From NCBI GenBank assembly GCA_973895155.1, contig OZ316894.1, forward strand, positions 26,149,240 through 26,213,239: 64,000 nt of DNA. Direction: 5' to 3'. Both the position numbers and the translations under genes were made by a program. The stretch comes from Marsupella aquatica (taxonomy: Eukaryota > Plantae > Marchantiophyta). Under the pieces are notes generated by a model. That model ran no database searches. It was given only the letters and a program-made list of their open reading frames with translations, and was not told the origin of the DNA. How positions within the stretch are numbered: the stretch's first letter is position 1; each line of letters starts with the position of its first letter. This document shows positions 61,701 to 64,000 of the stretch, one piece after another.

Positions 61701-61861
61701 TGCTTAGTAGACCCCCATCAGGAAAGTTTGCTTAATCAATCCCTTCCATGCTTTTCCCCAATCTGGGCCGTTGATGGACCTTTTGATCTCAGATCTGAAC
61801 CGTTGATAGACCTCAGGGGGTCGATCAAGTAACAAGTTTCATTTTGGGGGTCTATCAAGCA
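61701..61861. mobile_element. Putative MITE / small non-autonomous TIR element
   Basis: The left end TGCTTAGTAGACCCCCA matches the reverse complement of the right end, TGCTTGATAGACCCCCA, at 15/17. Imperfect inverted similarity continues ~45 bp inward. No ORF and no clean TSD. Confidence 0.5.
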
Positions 61862-62339
61862 AATACCTCCTATAATTTCTTATGAGGGCATCTTCATTAA
61901 ATTGCATGTACTTCTAAATACTAGCCTAATTAGCATATAAAAAATAGACTCTGAAATACATATTTAGAATAATATTTAATAATGTAAACATGACAGTAGA
62001 GTTCATCATAATATGAAGGACACCATATATTGTCACATATTGATGTGCAATTACCGGGACGTATCTAATTATCCTTTCCTTGAATATAAATAGATGTGAA
62101 GGCATTGTAGACAAAATTCTGTTACTATTTCCAATTCATCTTTGCCCCCATCTGTGTTTTCTAGCCACTCCCTCACTTTAAGTTATGCCCTTAGAGTTAC
62201 AGTCTTCCCCTATCCTTGTTTGTTGTCTCCACTATAACTTTTAGTTATGCCCATAGAGTCATGGTCTAGAGGCTTCACTCTAGACAGTAGACATTGGTAG
62301 TAGCTTTTGATTGTCATTATATATTTATGAGCTCCATTC

Positions 62340-62605
62340 CCGTGCGTTGCACAAAAGATGTTGTTGTGTAAAAGATGTCTTTACATGAAAAATGCATTGA
62401 ATGCGCAAAACATGTTGTTAAGTAAATGACATTGTTGTGAAAAGAAGTCATTAAATAATAAAAGATGTTCTGCAAAGAGGTAGTTAAGTGAAAAATGTTG
62501 TTTACAAAACAGGTGATATTATGCAAACATTGTTGTTGCGTAAAGGATGACATTGCACAAAAGATATTCTTGTGCAAAAATATCATTTACAAAAAAGATG
62601 TCATT
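62340..62605. repeat. Degenerate AT-rich minisatellite (AAAAGATGTT-like units)
   Basis: AAAAGATGT/AAAAATGTTG/ACATTGTTG motifs recur about every 17-20 bp. Confidence 0.5.
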
Positions 62606-63180
62606 GGTGAATATGTTATATTGAAGCTCATAACTGGTGTTCAAGGCAAGAATACTATTTTCCTCTTTTCCTTCTATAATTTGAAAAATGATCTATACCA
62701 CAGGATACTCAGAATATTCTTAAAATTCACTTGACAAAATTTTCTCTAGGTGTCACAAGAATCCCCCAAATATGTTGTTAATTCAGGCCCAAAATTTACA
62801 TAGCTATTTATTTTGGAGAGCTACTGTACCCAAATGGCACTACGAAACAAGAAAGCAACTACAATAGTGGGCATTGTACTGTACAGAGGGATTAAAAGTA
62901 AAATTTCACAGGCTTCCATGACTTAATTAATGAATTAGTTAATTAAAAGCCTTTACGCTAGGTACAACAGCTGCCGGGAAGCCAGTGAGCAGCGTTCGAC
63001 GCTTCCAGGCGTCTAGTGTGCGACTCCCGGTTCATGGGATTGCTGTATCGGGCACGTGTCGTCCTCCGCAAGGCCGAGGCAAGCCCCCAGTTGTCCATGC
63101 CTCCATGGGCAATTTAGGCCCCCACCGCCCTCTTTCCCTTGCAGGCGGAATAAATAACGAGGAACTCTCTTCCCCGTGTT

Positions 63181-63390
63181 GTACTCCGTATTTAAGGGTG
63201 CCTTTAAGGTCATCTTTGTTTTCACGCTGCTGGATTGCTGGTACAGTAATCTGTCTCTAACTGCATACTCTATAGCTGCAAAACCGAGTACTCCGTATTT
63301 CAAGGTGTCATAAGGTCATCGTTGGTTTCATGCTGCTGGATTGCTGGTAGAGTAATCTCTCTCTAACTGCATACTTTATAGCTGCAAAAC
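63181..63390. repeat. ~107-bp tandem duplication
   Basis: GTACTCCGTATTT...TAAGGTCATC...GCTGCTGGATTGCTGGTA.AGTAATCT.TCTCTAACTGCATACT.TATAGCTGCAAAAC occurs at 63181 and 63288. Confidence 0.9.
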
Positions 63391-63620
63391 GTCTCGTTTT
63401 CGCTTTTTTTTTCATAAAGTTTGCATTTTCTTTGGCCCCTTTTTGGACCTGGATTACTTTAGTTGAATGACAACTTTAAATGTGCAAACTCTTGCTAGTT
63501 ACATAGGAACACTTATTGGTAACTGAATGATCCCATCAAATTTCACTTGCTGAAAAGTCCATGACATTTTCTAGTAGAGTAAAAATTGCAGTGGCAAGGT
63601 AATGGACCAAATTCAGAGAG

Positions 63621-63812
63621 AAGTGTACATGAACAATCATCTGTAAAGCACGCAATCCCTTCGAGGTTCACTCACTGATAAGTACCTTATTTTCGTAGTG
63701 GAGTAAAAAGTGCTCTTATAGAGAGATAAGAGACCCAATTTTGGGAATAAGTGTACATGAACAATAATCTGGAAAGCACACAATCCCTTCAAATTTCACT
63801 TACTGATAAGTG
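63621..63812. repeat. ~128-bp-period diverged duplication
   Basis: AAGTGTACATGAACAAT.ATCTG.AAAGCAC.CAATCCCTTC...TTCACT.ACTGATAAGT occurs at ~63621 and ~63749. Confidence 0.8.
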
Positions 63813-64000
63813 CATGCCGTTTACTGTACAGTAAACCTTGCACTTACAGGGTAAAGGACCCTATTTAGGGTAGGGATGTACAATTTAGGACTCGAATCAC
63901 TGGACTATTCACGGATGGAGGACAATTGCACATTGACTAAAGAGAGTAACATCTATACTCTTATTTATAAGTGCACAATTTTTCGAGTGTGCACTTATGA

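Noticed and set aside
62985-63035. GTTCGAC / GCGACTCCCGG resembling a tRNA T-loop or Pol III B-box
   Set aside because: I could not form a cloverleaf, acceptor stem or A-box.

Overview
Eukaryotic, intron-rich nuclear DNA from a land plant. Gene content, short GT-AG introns and very long purine-rich 5' leaders suggest a bryophyte, probably a liverwort; this is an inference and the sequence cannot prove it. I reconstructed seven protein-coding genes by hand from splice sites and reading-frame continuity: the 3' part of eIF3F (+), a RING-pseudokinase-WD40 protein (+), stromal processing peptidase SPP (-, 23 coding exons), soluble starch synthase I (+, 15 exons), an intronless His-rich IAR1/ZIP7-type metal transporter (-), a YODA-like MAPKKK (+, 11 exons) and an intronless 7-knuckle CCHC (AIR1/ZCCHC7-like) protein (-). 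Intergenic DNA contains many short local tandem duplications, a MITE-like element and microsatellites. The most unusual non-coding structure is an array of nine stem-loop monomers at 56362-56792, organised as a 94-bp higher-order repeat whose variant positions preserve base pairing. Other leads are a candidate spliced non-coding/orphan transcript divergent from SS1, palindromic motif arrays near the ZIP gene, and an (AAAAG)14 microsatellite exon that could splice in frame onto the zinc-knuckle ORF. I found no rRNA, tRNA or CRISPR array. Family assignments come from recalled motifs; no database search was run.
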